From: Candidatus Latescibacterota bacterium
GTDB lineage: Bacteria; Latescibacterota; UBA2968; GCA-2709665
Direction: 5' to 3'
DNA: 64,000 nt
NCBI GenBank assembly: GCA_965226795.1
Contig: CBDDDZ010000003.1
Span: 320,001-384,000, forward strand
Part shown: positions 18,513 through 28,849 of the stretch, in pieces
Position numbering within the stretch: the stretch's first letter is position 1
How the letters are laid out: each line of letters begins with the position of its first letter
Translations under genes and position numbers: made by a program
The notes under the pieces: model-generated
Told to the model about the DNA's origin: nothing
The model's input: the letters and a program-made list of their open reading frames with translations, nothing else
Database searches by the model: none

Positions 18513-19775
18513 ATGGGACGTCATGTCGATAAATTTCTGCTGATATCCGTCGACTGCCTTCGGTACGATGCGATAAGCCGGGTCAATCACCGGCTGTGTA
18601 CGCCCAAATTCGACCTGTTGACCAGAGATTTCGCGTTCGGAGAGCGGTTTTTTGTGACGGCCCCGGCGACGCGCCCGTCTCACACGTCCATGTTTACAGG
18701 GTTGTACCCGTTTGAGCACGGATTGTGCGGGCAGACGTATCTGAAGATGTTCGCCGGGATTCCGAATCTGTTTCAGCTGTTCTCGGATGCGGGGTTTGAA
18801 ATCCATGGCCGGTCGGAGCGGATGGACGTGTTTCGGTTTCTGGACTATGAACGGTTTATCGGACCCATGGATCCCCGTGCGAAAGAACAGCACCTCGGTT
18901 CAATCGAAGATCTGTTGCATTCGGCGTTCGAAGGAGAGGATCGGCCCCGGTTTTGTTTTTTGCATTTCTGGTATACACATGGCGGGTACGGGGCGAGGGG
19001 GATCCCCGGAACGCCGAATTTGAAAGCGCTGGTGGATGCCGGTAGGGTGGAGGAGGCGCTACGGTTTTATTATGCGGCGGCGACGCACGTGCAGGAATTC
19101 TTACTCGTGGAGATTTTGAAGCGCGTGAAACTGGACGATTGGGCGGTGTTTGTTTTAGGCGATCATGGAGAGGGGTTCTGCGACGAGGTGATGGCGCACG
19201 GAGATTTCCTGCACGAAAATGTGATCCACGTTCCGCTGCTGGTATCCGTTCCCGAACACGATAGACTGAAACTGCCCGACGGGCCCCTCTCGACGATCGA
19301 TCTTTTTCCGACAATCCTGAACCTGGCCGGAATCACGGTAGACTATAAAGGATATGGTCGTGACTTGCTTGCCAACGAGGGTTCTCTTCGCCGCCGCTGG
19401 GTGTATTCGGAACTCGACAATTCCTACGGCTCAGGATTCCTTAATCCGGAAAACCTGGAAGCGGCCCACGAACGGGTGACGTCCCGTGTGGCCATGGATG
19501 GAGTGGAACTGAAGCGGGACGTCGGTGGTTTACACATGTGGTCGGTTACGGACGGACGGGTGTTTTACAGAGAACGGGCGGGCGGCGAGGACTACGTGCT
19601 GCGGAATGTGTTCAGCGGTGCGGACGCGCCGTGCAATGATCCCGGACCGTACAGGGCTTCTCGGAACGAGATCCTGAACGGGTCGAAATACAAACACCTT
19701 CAGGCGCAGGAAACCACCCAGGCCGAGGCGGATCTTTTGGCCGAAAGATTGAGAAGCCTGGGATATATCGAATAA
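18513..19775 (+). CDS. Sulfatase-like hydrolase/transferase
   Basis: SVDCLRYD, TRPSHTSMFTGLYP, GDHGEGF, HVPLL, C-terminal ERLRSLGYIE. Confidence 0.85.
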   Translation: MGRHVDKFLLISVDCLRYDAISRVNHRLCTPKFDLLTRDFAFGERFFVTAPATRPSHTSMFTGLYPFEHGLCGQTYLKMFAGIPNLFQLFSDAGFEIHGRSERMDVFRFLDYERFIGPMDPRAKEQHLGSIEDLLHSAFEGEDRPRFCFLHFWYTHGGYGARGIPGTPNLKALVDAGRVEEALRFYYAAATHVQEFLLVEILKRVKLDDWAVFVLGDHGEGFCDEVMAHGDFLHENVIHVPLLVSVPEHDRLKLPDGPLSTIDLFPTILNLAGITVDYKGYGRDLLANEGSLRRRWVYSELDNSYGSGFLNPENLEAAHERVTSRVAMDGVELKRDVGGLHMWSVTDGRVFYRERAGGEDYVLRNVFSGADAPCNDPGPYRASRNEILNGSKYKHLQAQETTQAEADLLAERLRSLGYIE

Positions 19776-19818
19776 AGAAACGGAATTGCGGCCGTTTCTT
19801 TACCATCGCCCGCGCCGT

Positions 19819-20658
19819 TCAGCCGCGAGAGGGCTCGTGCATCTCCTTTCGGGCTGTGGCGGCCAGTTCGGCCAGGTGGCCGTCGTGCGCAAGGCCCTGC
19901 TCGAGGTGGATTCTGCGTTCCGGGCCGGCGGTTGCGACCATGGTCTCACCGTAAAGACGGTCAATCCAGAAGCGGGCATGGCCGGCTATGTAGTTCTTTA
20001 AATCTTCGATTCTGTATTCCGGAAACCGCTGGGAACAGTTGATGGTGAACATGCGTCTTCTGAGGCTGCCGCCGAAGGCGGCGTGTTTGAGGTTGTGGTT
20101 GAATACGGCGATATCTCCGGGTCGGGTTTCCAAGGCGACCCCCGGAAGAAGGTCTTTGCCTTCGATGCCCCAGTTTCGCTCGGATTCCCGGACCTGTTCC
20201 TGTACGGTCTTTGCAAAGCGATCTTCCAGGATATGGCTTCCCGGGATGACACGGAGGCAGCCGGAGTTCCGGGTCAGGGGATCGAGATAGAAGGCGATTT
20301 TGACAAAACGAACGGCCTTGCCCCAGCCGTCGGAATGCCAAACGGTGTCGCCGGCGTAGTAGTTTCCGTCGGAACCGACGTAGTTGTAATCGCGGCCGAG
20401 CAGGTCGATGAGCAGCCCGTTGATGCGGGGATCGTCGAGCAGGGCGCAGAGGCGTACGTGCTGGTCGATAAACGGCACGATACAGGACCGCCGTTCTCCG
20501 TCGTGTGGCTTTCCGTGGTGTCCATTGCCGAGGTTCGTCCAGACCTGCTCGAATGCGCCGATGATGTCTTCGATAACATCGGACATCAGCCCCGGCAGGT
20601 ACAGATACCCGAACGTGCTGAAAAAAGCGAGTTGCTGATGAGTGAGTTGATTCGGCAT
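19819..20658 (-). CDS. Phytanoyl-CoA dioxygenase (PhyH) family protein
   Basis: WHSD, GCLRVIPGSH, PGD..VF.HNLKH....RR. Confidence 0.9.
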   Translation of the reverse strand: MPNQLTHQQLAFFSTFGYLYLPGLMSDVIEDIIGAFEQVWTNLGNGHHGKPHDGERRSCIVPFIDQHVRLCALLDDPRINGLLIDLLGRDYNYVGSDGNYYAGDTVWHSDGWGKAVRFVKIAFYLDPLTRNSGCLRVIPGSHILEDRFAKTVQEQVRESERNWGIEGKDLLPGVALETRPGDIAVFNHNLKHAAFGGSLRRRMFTINCSQRFPEYRIEDLKNYIAGHARFWIDRLYGETMVATAGPERRIHLEQGLAHDGHLAELAATARKEMHEPSRG

Positions 20659-20831
20659 ATTGGCACCTCTGTCGGATGATTCGGGTTGGAAAGGGAACCC
20701 TTGCCCATTCCGCTAACGGGCAGCGATGGCCTGGCAATCTTCCTGCAGGCGTTTTTTGGGTGGTTGATTCGTTCGTGCGGTATATTGTACGAATAGTAAT
20801 GTAACAGCCGGGAACACGAAAGGGAAAACCA

Positions 20832-20985
20832 GTGTTCTGTCTCGGAAATAGATTGCCTAAATTCGGCCGCCGAGTCGCCCGGCTGGCAAGACGCCTGAGC
20901 GAGGCGACCTGGGCAAGGTCGGCCCAACGCAGCGAGACGGGACGAATCGGCGGATGAATGGTGACATATTTCTGGGACGGGACAC
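20832..20985. mobile_element. MITE-like repeat family A, copy 2 (complete, 154 bp)
   Basis: 19-bp imperfect TIRs GTGTTCTGTCTCGGAAATA / TATTTCTGGGACGGGACAC; related copies at 3607, 33282 and 34331. Confidence 0.85.
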
Positions 20986-21026
20986 TAAGGATGGATGAAT
21001 CTCGACTGATTTGACGGGGAGGCGAT

Positions 21027-22043
21027 ATGTCGGTTCGGTTTGCTTTTGTTGGATTTCGCCATGCGCATATCCATGATCTGTACAAACGGGCAATCGCACG
21101 GGGGGACGTGGAGGTGGTGGCCGCCTGCGAAGCGGATGAGACGGCGCGTGCGGCGGCAGAGGGGGCCGGGGTGAAGGTCACGCATTCGGATCCCGTGCGG
21201 ATGTTGGACGAAGTGGATTGCGACGTGGTGGCAATCGGCGACTATTTCGCGAGGCGTGGTAGTGCGGCGATTCATGCGTTGAACGAGGGAAAGCATGTCA
21301 TCGCGGATAAACCGCTCTGCACAAGTCTGGACGAGGTGGACGAAATCGAAAGAATCGCCGGTGAGCGGGATTTGAGGGTTGGGTGTATGCTGTCGATGAG
21401 GGATCACGGACAGACGATCGGCGCGCGGAACATGATCCAGGAGGGAACGATCGGGGAGGTCCACGCGATTTCATTTGGCGGGCAGCATCCACTGATGCTG
21501 GGGTCGCGGCCGGGTTGGTACTTCGAGGAAGGCAAACACGGAGGGACCATAAACGACCTCGCCATACATGCAATTGACTGCCTTCCGTGGATAACGGGTC
21601 TGCAGTTCGAGACGGTCAACGCCGCCAGGTGCTGGAATGCCTTTGCGCCGGAGTTTCCGCATTTTCGAGACGGCGCGCAGATGATGTTGACAATGGACAA
21701 CGGATGCGGCGTGCTGGGAGACGTGTCGTATTTCATGCCTGAAAAGGCTGGATATTCGCTGCCGTTCTACTGGCGGTACACGTTCTGGGGGCGGGAGGGA
21801 GTACTCGAGGCCGGTACCACGCTGAATACGATTCAGGTTGCCTGGACGGATTCGGAGCGGGTGGAAACGCGTTCGATACCGGAAGATCGGTCCGGGGGAT
21901 ATCTACAGGCATTCTTGAAAGATATCCGGGGCGAGGCCGAAGAGGGTGAACGGTGCACCGAGTCGGTGATTCGAGCCGCAAGAACGGTGCTCAGGATTCA
22001 GAAAGCTGCCGATGAGAGTCGGCACGATGTGGTTCTGCGATAG
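21027..22043 (+). CDS. Gfo/Idh/MocA family oxidoreductase
   Basis: FVGFRHAH, GKHVIADKPL, HGGTINDLAIHAID. Confidence 0.9.
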   Translation: MSVRFAFVGFRHAHIHDLYKRAIARGDVEVVAACEADETARAAAEGAGVKVTHSDPVRMLDEVDCDVVAIGDYFARRGSAAIHALNEGKHVIADKPLCTSLDEVDEIERIAGERDLRVGCMLSMRDHGQTIGARNMIQEGTIGEVHAISFGGQHPLMLGSRPGWYFEEGKHGGTINDLAIHAIDCLPWITGLQFETVNAARCWNAFAPEFPHFRDGAQMMLTMDNGCGVLGDVSYFMPEKAGYSLPFYWRYTFWGREGVLEAGTTLNTIQVAWTDSERVETRSIPEDRSGGYLQAFLKDIRGEAEEGERCTESVIRAARTVLRIQKAADESRHDVVLR

Positions 22044-22073
22044 AAGTTTTGCACAACTGCTCTCTTTTGGATA

Positions 22074-22102
22074 TTGACTCTTTCATCGACTTTGTTTAAA
22101 GT
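22074..22102 (+). promoter_or_regulatory. Sigma70-type promoter
   Basis: TTGACT, 17 bp, TAAAGT upstream of the PorV-like gene. Confidence 0.55.
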
Positions 22103-22150
22103 TTGAGAGATATGAAATTCTGCGGGTTGCCAGGGGTCAAGGAGTATGTC

Positions 22151-23047
22151 GTGAGGTCCTTAAGGCGAATATTCTGGGTCTGCGGTCTTGTATTGGTTTT
22201 CGGATCGACAGGCCGGGAAGAGGCGTCCGGAAAGGGTGCGGGATTTGTGCTGCTTCGCGAGGGGGTGGGCGCCCGCGCGGAGGCAATGGGCGGGGCCTAT
22301 ACGGCGGTTGTTGGCGATCAGACGGCGGCGTCCTGGAATCCGGCGGCCATCGGTGCGCTGATGGGTAAGGACTTTCTGTTGACCCATCACAGTTCGTTCC
22401 AGGAAATCCAGCAGACCTACGGGGGGTGGGCCTACGGAAATACGCGTGCCGGCGTGGCGCTCAGCCTGGGGATCTATTCGGTGGGAGGAATAGAGACGCG
22501 GACGGGGCCATCCGCACAACCGTCCGGTACGTTCGGCATCTACGAGATCAATGCCGGGTTATCCTATGCGAAGCGGATCAAAAAAGGCTTTTACGGTGGG
22601 ACAACCGTGCGGGCTCTGCACGAAGCCATCGGCCCTGAACGGGCTTCGGGTTTCAGCGTGGATCTCGGGGTGCTCTACCGCTTCAGTGATGAGCGGCTGA
22701 CCGTGGGTGCCAGCTATCGGAACCTGGGACGGATGGAAGTGCTGGATGTTGAGAGGACACCGTTACCGGAGACGTTTCGAGCCGGTATTGCCTGGCAGAC
22801 CAGACGCTTGACGGGTTCTGTCGATCTGAGTGCACCCAGGCACGGCTCCGTGGGAATGCATTCGGGCCTGGAATTCCGATTGAAAGGGCCCCTGTGTCTG
22901 CGGTCCGGTTACCGTTCGGGAAACGATATCCGCGACTGGTCCTTCGGGCTCGGAATTCAGCCCGGCGGCTGGCGGATTGAATATGCCTATGTCCCTGCCG
23001 CATTGGGACTGGCCGGCTCCCATCGGCTCGAATTCGGAATCAGGTGA
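22151..23047 (+). CDS. PorV/PorQ-family outer-membrane beta-barrel protein
   Basis: GVGARAEAMGGAYTAV.GD..A..WNPA N-terminal motif, alternating beta strands, C-terminal HRLEFGIR; AAGGAG before GTG 22151. Confidence 0.8.
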   Translation: MRSLRRIFWVCGLVLVFGSTGREEASGKGAGFVLLREGVGARAEAMGGAYTAVVGDQTAASWNPAAIGALMGKDFLLTHHSSFQEIQQTYGGWAYGNTRAGVALSLGIYSVGGIETRTGPSAQPSGTFGIYEINAGLSYAKRIKKGFYGGTTVRALHEAIGPERASGFSVDLGVLYRFSDERLTVGASYRNLGRMEVLDVERTPLPETFRAGIAWQTRRLTGSVDLSAPRHGSVGMHSGLEFRLKGPLCLRSGYRSGNDIRDWSFGLGIQPGGWRIEYAYVPAALGLAGSHRLEFGIR

Positions 23048-23171
23048 CCCGCGTGGATTCCACATGCGCTTCGGAGTCGATCGCGCTCTGTACCTGAACA
23101 ACGCAGTGAAAAAGGCGTTTTTGTCCGGAGGCTCCAAATTGGCAGGCGATGCGAACGATGGGGGTTGGCGC

Positions 23172-24173
23172 GTGGACGATTCGGGAACGTCGATACATCG
23201 CCAGATACACGCGGAGCCCCCGAAAGACCGCATCTGGCTCAACGTGTTGTTGTTCGCCCTGACAGCGTACACAACGACAGCGGCGGGTGTGCAAATGGCG
23301 GTTGCCATGCGTATGGTGGTTTCACCGGAATCCATACCGTCGGACTTCCTTTCGACGGCGCTGCTCTGGAATCCGAAATACCTGATTCTGGGGCTTCCGT
23401 TTTCCGGAACACTGCTTCTGATCCTGGGTATCCACGAGATGGGGCACTATCTCACTTCGCGCCGCTGGATGGTGCGCGCAACTTTGCCTTATTTCATTCC
23501 CTTTCCGTCTATGATTGGTACCCTGGGTGCGGTAATCAAGATCAAGTCCCGCATTCCGAACCGGCGCGCGCTGATGGACATCGGGGCGTCCGGACCGCTT
23601 GCAGGCTTTGTAGTCGCCCTGCTTGCCCTGGTCGTCGGATTGCATCTGTCGGAAATCGTGCCGGTCTCAACGTTCGCCGCAGGCGGGATTTCACTCGGCA
23701 ATTCCATTCTGGGCGGCTGGCTGACGAATCAGATTATCGGAGACCTTCCTGAAGGATTTGCAATTTACGATCATCCGATCTTCGTGGCCGGCTGGCTGGG
23801 TCTCTTTGTGACTGCGCTGAATCTGATGCCGGTGGGACAGTTCGACGGCGGACATATTGTCTATGCCTTCGGAGGAACGCGCGTTCACGCCCTGTTTTCG
23901 AAGGTGGCGCTGGTCGTTCTTGGCGCCTTGTGGGCGCTGGGGCCGCCGTATGACTGGCTCTACGTCCAATATGGGTTTTCGTCCTGGCTCGATACCCGTT
24001 GGCCGGGATGGCTGATCTGGATAATTATCGCGTTGGCGCTGGGGCGCCGGCATTCCCCGCCTGGCGACCCCCATATGGTCCTCGATCCGTTTCGAAAACT
24101 GATGGGATATGTTTCTCTGATTATCTTCCTGCTTTGTTTTGTGCCACGGCCCATCAGTTTTGCGATGCCATGA
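23172..24173 (+). CDS. Site-2 protease (M50 intramembrane metalloprotease); start uncertain
   Basis: HEMGH, LPYFIP, GPLAG, NLMPVGQFDGGH. Confidence 0.92.
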   Translation: MDDSGTSIHRQIHAEPPKDRIWLNVLLFALTAYTTTAAGVQMAVAMRMVVSPESIPSDFLSTALLWNPKYLILGLPFSGTLLLILGIHEMGHYLTSRRWMVRATLPYFIPFPSMIGTLGAVIKIKSRIPNRRALMDIGASGPLAGFVVALLALVVGLHLSEIVPVSTFAAGGISLGNSILGGWLTNQIIGDLPEGFAIYDHPIFVAGWLGLFVTALNLMPVGQFDGGHIVYAFGGTRVHALFSKVALVVLGALWALGPPYDWLYVQYGFSSWLDTRWPGWLIWIIIALALGRRHSPPGDPHMVLDPFRKLMGYVSLIIFLLCFVPRPISFAMP

Positions 24174-24352
24174 AAATTTCAAGGACCCGCTCTATCTCCC
24201 CAGCTTCGGTATAGAGGCTCTACAATTCTCCCCTTGATTGATTCCGTTTACACTTCCTCCACCGGTTAATCAGGAAGTAGACCGGGCGCTGTTTCTCTGT
24301 GCCGCCTTGTTTTCCGGTCAGCCTGACCCATTCCGCCTTTTCTCAGGTTCCT

Positions 24353-25588
24353 ATGGCAAAAACACCCGGAAGGCGCCCCGGCACCGTGGGCGCGCCAAGA
24401 CAGACCAGGCGTTCCACTCGAAAGAAGATGGCCCGCAGGCGCCGCCGAATGTCGTTGCGGCTATGGACCCTGGCATTTGTGCTGGTGTTGGTGGTCGGTC
24501 TGGCCGGATGGATGCGTTGGCGCACGCGGGAAGCCTCTACATACGAACAGGAAATCGCGTTCAATCAACAGGTGCAATGGCGGACGCTTCCGGCGGGTCC
24601 GCTGGCGTTTGCAGATTCCGTGGTATCACAGGCGCCAGAGGTTTTGAAACGGCTCGGAGTCCCGGAAGGAGTCGTGTCAAAGAAGCGGTCGGCGGCGCAG
24701 ACCGATAGTACCGCCCGCTGGGTGATGACCTTCGACGTACCTGGCGGGTTGCCGTTGGCGGTCTGCAACCTGGAACTGACCCGGCTTGCCCGGCGCCTGG
24801 GCGGAGACGTCGTTGAGGCCACGGAGGACCGTAAGGGTTCCAGGCTATCCATGGTCGTGGGCCTGGATGGCGTGCGCACCAATCTCATCACGCTGAAACG
24901 AAACGCCCGACTCGATCGAAAACCGGGCCGAATCGCCATTATAGTGGCGGATTTCGGGTCACAGAACGAAGCATTGATTCGGGGATTCTGCGCGTTGAAA
25001 CAGACGATTACGTTCTCGATCTTTCCGGGTCTCGAAAAAACCGCCTGGATTGCCGAAAAGGCGGCAGCGGCCGGGCACGGAGTAATGGTGTATTTGCCTA
25101 TGGAACCCTTGAACTATCCTCACATTGACCCGGGTCCAAACGCAGTGTTGGTGGAACATCCACCGGAAAAAATCAGGACGTTGATTCGAATGGCGCGTGC
25201 GAACCTGCCTCAGGCCATGGGATTAAACAACCATATGGGATCGCGGTTGACGGAGGACCGGACGGCAATCGGCAGGGTTTTGGAAGAAGTGGATCGCCAT
25301 GGTCTCTTTTTTGTGGATAGCTTCACCAGTCCGCGGTCGATGGCCTATACGGTCGCAGAGGAAATGGGAATGCCGGCCGGCCGGAACTCGATGTTTCTGG
25401 ACCGGAAGGACACACAGGAGTCGGTCGAACGATCCGTGGAAACCCTGGCGGAAATGGCCGGCATTTCAGGAACGGTGCTCGGCATCGCACGCGCAAAACC
25501 AGCCACGCTTGCCGCGCTCGAGCGCGTCCTTCCGGAACTGGAAAAACGCGGAATCGTATTCATCAATGCCAGGGAAGCTGTCAAGTGA
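24353..25588 (+). CDS. Divergent polysaccharide deacetylase (YibQ-like), membrane anchored
   Basis: N-terminal TM segment; LPMEP, GLNNHMGS, FFVDS.T and FLD motifs; several metal ligands look substituted. Confidence 0.85.
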   Translation: MAKTPGRRPGTVGAPRQTRRSTRKKMARRRRRMSLRLWTLAFVLVLVVGLAGWMRWRTREASTYEQEIAFNQQVQWRTLPAGPLAFADSVVSQAPEVLKRLGVPEGVVSKKRSAAQTDSTARWVMTFDVPGGLPLAVCNLELTRLARRLGGDVVEATEDRKGSRLSMVVGLDGVRTNLITLKRNARLDRKPGRIAIIVADFGSQNEALIRGFCALKQTITFSIFPGLEKTAWIAEKAAAAGHGVMVYLPMEPLNYPHIDPGPNAVLVEHPPEKIRTLIRMARANLPQAMGLNNHMGSRLTEDRTAIGRVLEEVDRHGLFFVDSFTSPRSMAYTVAEEMGMPAGRNSMFLDRKDTQESVERSVETLAEMAGISGTVLGIARAKPATLAALERVLPELEKRGIVFINAREAVK

Positions 25589-25654
25589 GCGATCGGCAAA
25601 GATTGAATCGACGGGCGCGGCATGCATCTGACCCTGTTCGAAACTCATTACCCG

Positions 25655-25683
25655 TTGACTTGCACCTGAACGCTTGGTATATT
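25655..25683 (+). promoter_or_regulatory. Sigma70-type promoter
   Basis: TTGACT, 17 bp, TATATT, preceded by TGG (extended -10). Confidence 0.65.
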
Positions 25684-25686
25684 GGG

Positions 25687-25835
25687 ACTGCTTCTGGGCA
25701 GGTAACCGTCTCCGTCAGTAGAGCATGACCCTATCGCATGCCCGGGCTTCTTCTCATAAAAGACGATTCGGACGCCACGCGGCCCGATAATGGAAACGGA
25801 CGCATCCACTGTCGAACCAGAGAAACAGGGTGCTG
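25687..25835 (+). ncRNA. Candidate structured RNA or 5' leader upstream of tgt (family unassigned)
   Basis: Starts just after the promoter; nested complementarity CTGCTTCTGG/CCAGAGAAACAG, CCGTCTCCGT/ATGGAAACGG, GCATG/CATGC, CGGGC/GCCCG. Confidence 0.35.
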
Positions 25836-25836
25836 A

Positions 25837-27066
<1,230 letters not shown>

Positions 27067-27137
27067 CAGTCCGGAAACTGTAAGTGTAGTGATTCTCCGT
27101 TCAATTTATATCTCTGATTCCTTAAAGGAGGGTTCCT

Positions 27138-27464
27138 TTGTTTGGCGTAAGCGAAGCATTCGCTATGGGCGGCCAGTCGTCCGATGGGTCCCAGACGGGA
27201 TTTCTGATGCAGATTTTCCCGTTGTTATTAATGGTCATCGTCGTTTATTTGTTGATTTTTCGCCCGCAGATCAAAAAGCAGAAGGCGCAGCAGGCGATGA
27301 TCGAAGCACTGAAAAAGGGCGATAGAATCGTGACGTCCGGGGGAGTTCACGGGACGATTGTGGGCGTGAAAGAAGCGGCTGGTATTCTGGTCGTGCAGGT
27401 TGCCAGGGAAGTTCGCCTCGAGGTTTCGAAGGGATCGGTTTCCCGGGTTGTGGAGGAAAAGTGA
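27138..27464 (+). CDS. yajC: Preprotein translocase subunit YajC
   Basis: YLLIFRPQ.K.QK, LKKGDRIVTSGGVHG; follows tgt; AAGGAGG RBS. Confidence 0.96.
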   Translation: MFGVSEAFAMGGQSSDGSQTGFLMQIFPLLLMVIVVYLLIFRPQIKKQKAQQAMIEALKKGDRIVTSGGVHGTIVGVKEAAGILVVQVAREVRLEVSKGSVSRVVEEK

Positions 27465-27531
27465 TCAGGGACTGGATCCGGATGGGGCTCGCGGGATGTT
27501 GGCGGAAACGGATCCCCGATTGGAGACGGTC

Positions 27532-28476
27532 GTGAAGCTGGTGTTTATGGGGACGCCCGATTTCGCGGTGCCGTCTTTGGAGCGGCTGGCGGCTCGCGGC
27601 CACGAGATCTCCGCGGTCGTGACCCGGCCGGATCGGCCGCGGGGGCGGGGGCGGAAGCTGGCGCCGCCTCCCGTGAAAATAACCGCCCATCGATTGGGGC
27701 TTCCGGTTATACAACCGCGCTCTCTGAAGGCCCGGGACTTTCTGGAGCGGCTTCGGCGCCTCAACGCGGATCTTTTCGTGGTGGTCGCGTTTTTAATATT
27801 GCCACGGATCTTGTTGAGAATTCCACGGCTCGGCTCGGTAAACCTGCATCCGTCCCTGTTACCGAAGTATCGGGGCGCGGCCCCGATCAACTGGGCGATA
27901 ATCCGGGGAGAAACTGAAACAGGGATAAGCGTATTCCGCCTAACGACGCGGGTGGACGCGGGGGATCTGCTGTTTCAGCAGGCTGAGGGGATAGCGCAGG
28001 ACGAGACGGCCGGAGAGCTTTCCGAGCGCTTGCGGATTTTGGGGGCGGACGCGCTGGCGAACGTCGTTGAACGGCTGGAAAGAGACGAATTGACATCGAA
28101 GCCGCAGCCGGAATCCGGGGTCACCGGGGCGCCCCGGTTGGAGAAAGAGGACGGGCGGATCGACTGGGCACGCAGCGCGGCTTCAATCCGCGATCTGGTT
28201 CGCGGAACCAACCCCTTTCCAGGGTCGTTTACGACCTGGAGAGGTGAATATCTGAAGGTGCATCGGGCGGCGGTCGCCGACGGATCGGGGATACCCGGCG
28301 AGGTGGTCGTGGCAGATGGGAGAAAGGGATGTGTGGTAGCCGCGGGTGAAGGAACGGTCGCACTTGAAGAAGTGCAACCGGCGGGCAAGGGGCGGATGAG
28401 CGGCGCCGAACTGGTGCGCGGGTATCGGATTGAAGCCGGCGAGGTTCTCGGGGATTCCTCACGGTTCCGAGAATAG
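27532..28476 (+). CDS. fmt: Methionyl-tRNA formyltransferase
   Basis: VFMGTPDFAV, NLHPSLLPKYRGAAPI, VQPAGK..M. Confidence 0.96.
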   Translation: MKLVFMGTPDFAVPSLERLAARGHEISAVVTRPDRPRGRGRKLAPPPVKITAHRLGLPVIQPRSLKARDFLERLRRLNADLFVVVAFLILPRILLRIPRLGSVNLHPSLLPKYRGAAPINWAIIRGETETGISVFRLTTRVDAGDLLFQQAEGIAQDETAGELSERLRILGADALANVVERLERDELTSKPQPESGVTGAPRLEKEDGRIDWARSAASIRDLVRGTNPFPGSFTTWRGEYLKVHRAAVADGSGIPGEVVVADGRKGCVVAAGEGTVALEEVQPAGKGRMSGAELVRGYRIEAGEVLGDSSRFRE

Positions 28477-28528
28477 ACAACGTCACATCAATGAGTTGGT
28501 AGACATTCTCGAAGGAGGTGTTGCGTTT

Positions 28529-28800
28529 ATGTTTCCTCTCTTCTGGGACCCTACACTGATTCTTGTGATTCCAGGATTCATCCTGGCGCTGTGGGCGCAG
28601 TTCAAGGTCAAGCGAACTTTCGCCAGATATGACGAATTCGGTTCTCGAAGCGGGTGGATGGCGGACCAGGTTGCCCGCGATATTCTGCGGCGGGGCGGAC
28701 CTACGTGGCGTCGGCGCTGGTGGCGGTGCTTCATCTGTTTAGACTGCTGATCCTTTCCGGCCTTCTGGGCGGAAGCGATGAACGAGAACCCCGCCGTTGA
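28529..28800 (+). pseudogene. YugP-like neutral zinc metallopeptidase remnant (internal deletion plus frameshift)
   Basis: The family N-terminus (LALWAQFKVKRTFARY...VARDIL) is joined out of frame at ~28698 to the family C-terminus (TYVASALVAVLHLFRLL...stop at 28800); no HExxH; strong GGAGG RBS. Confidence 0.75.
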
Positions 28801-28849
28801 ATGGGAACGGTAGCCTCAGCGCCGTGGTTTTTTTATCAGGAGGGAAGCA

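Noticed and set aside
22151..23047. Evidence for a type IX secretion system
   Set aside because: A lone PorV/PorQ-like barrel is not enough; no other T9SS genes are in the window.
27464..27532. Missing def next to fmt as a notable loss
   Set aside because: def is often located elsewhere, and this cannot be judged from one window.
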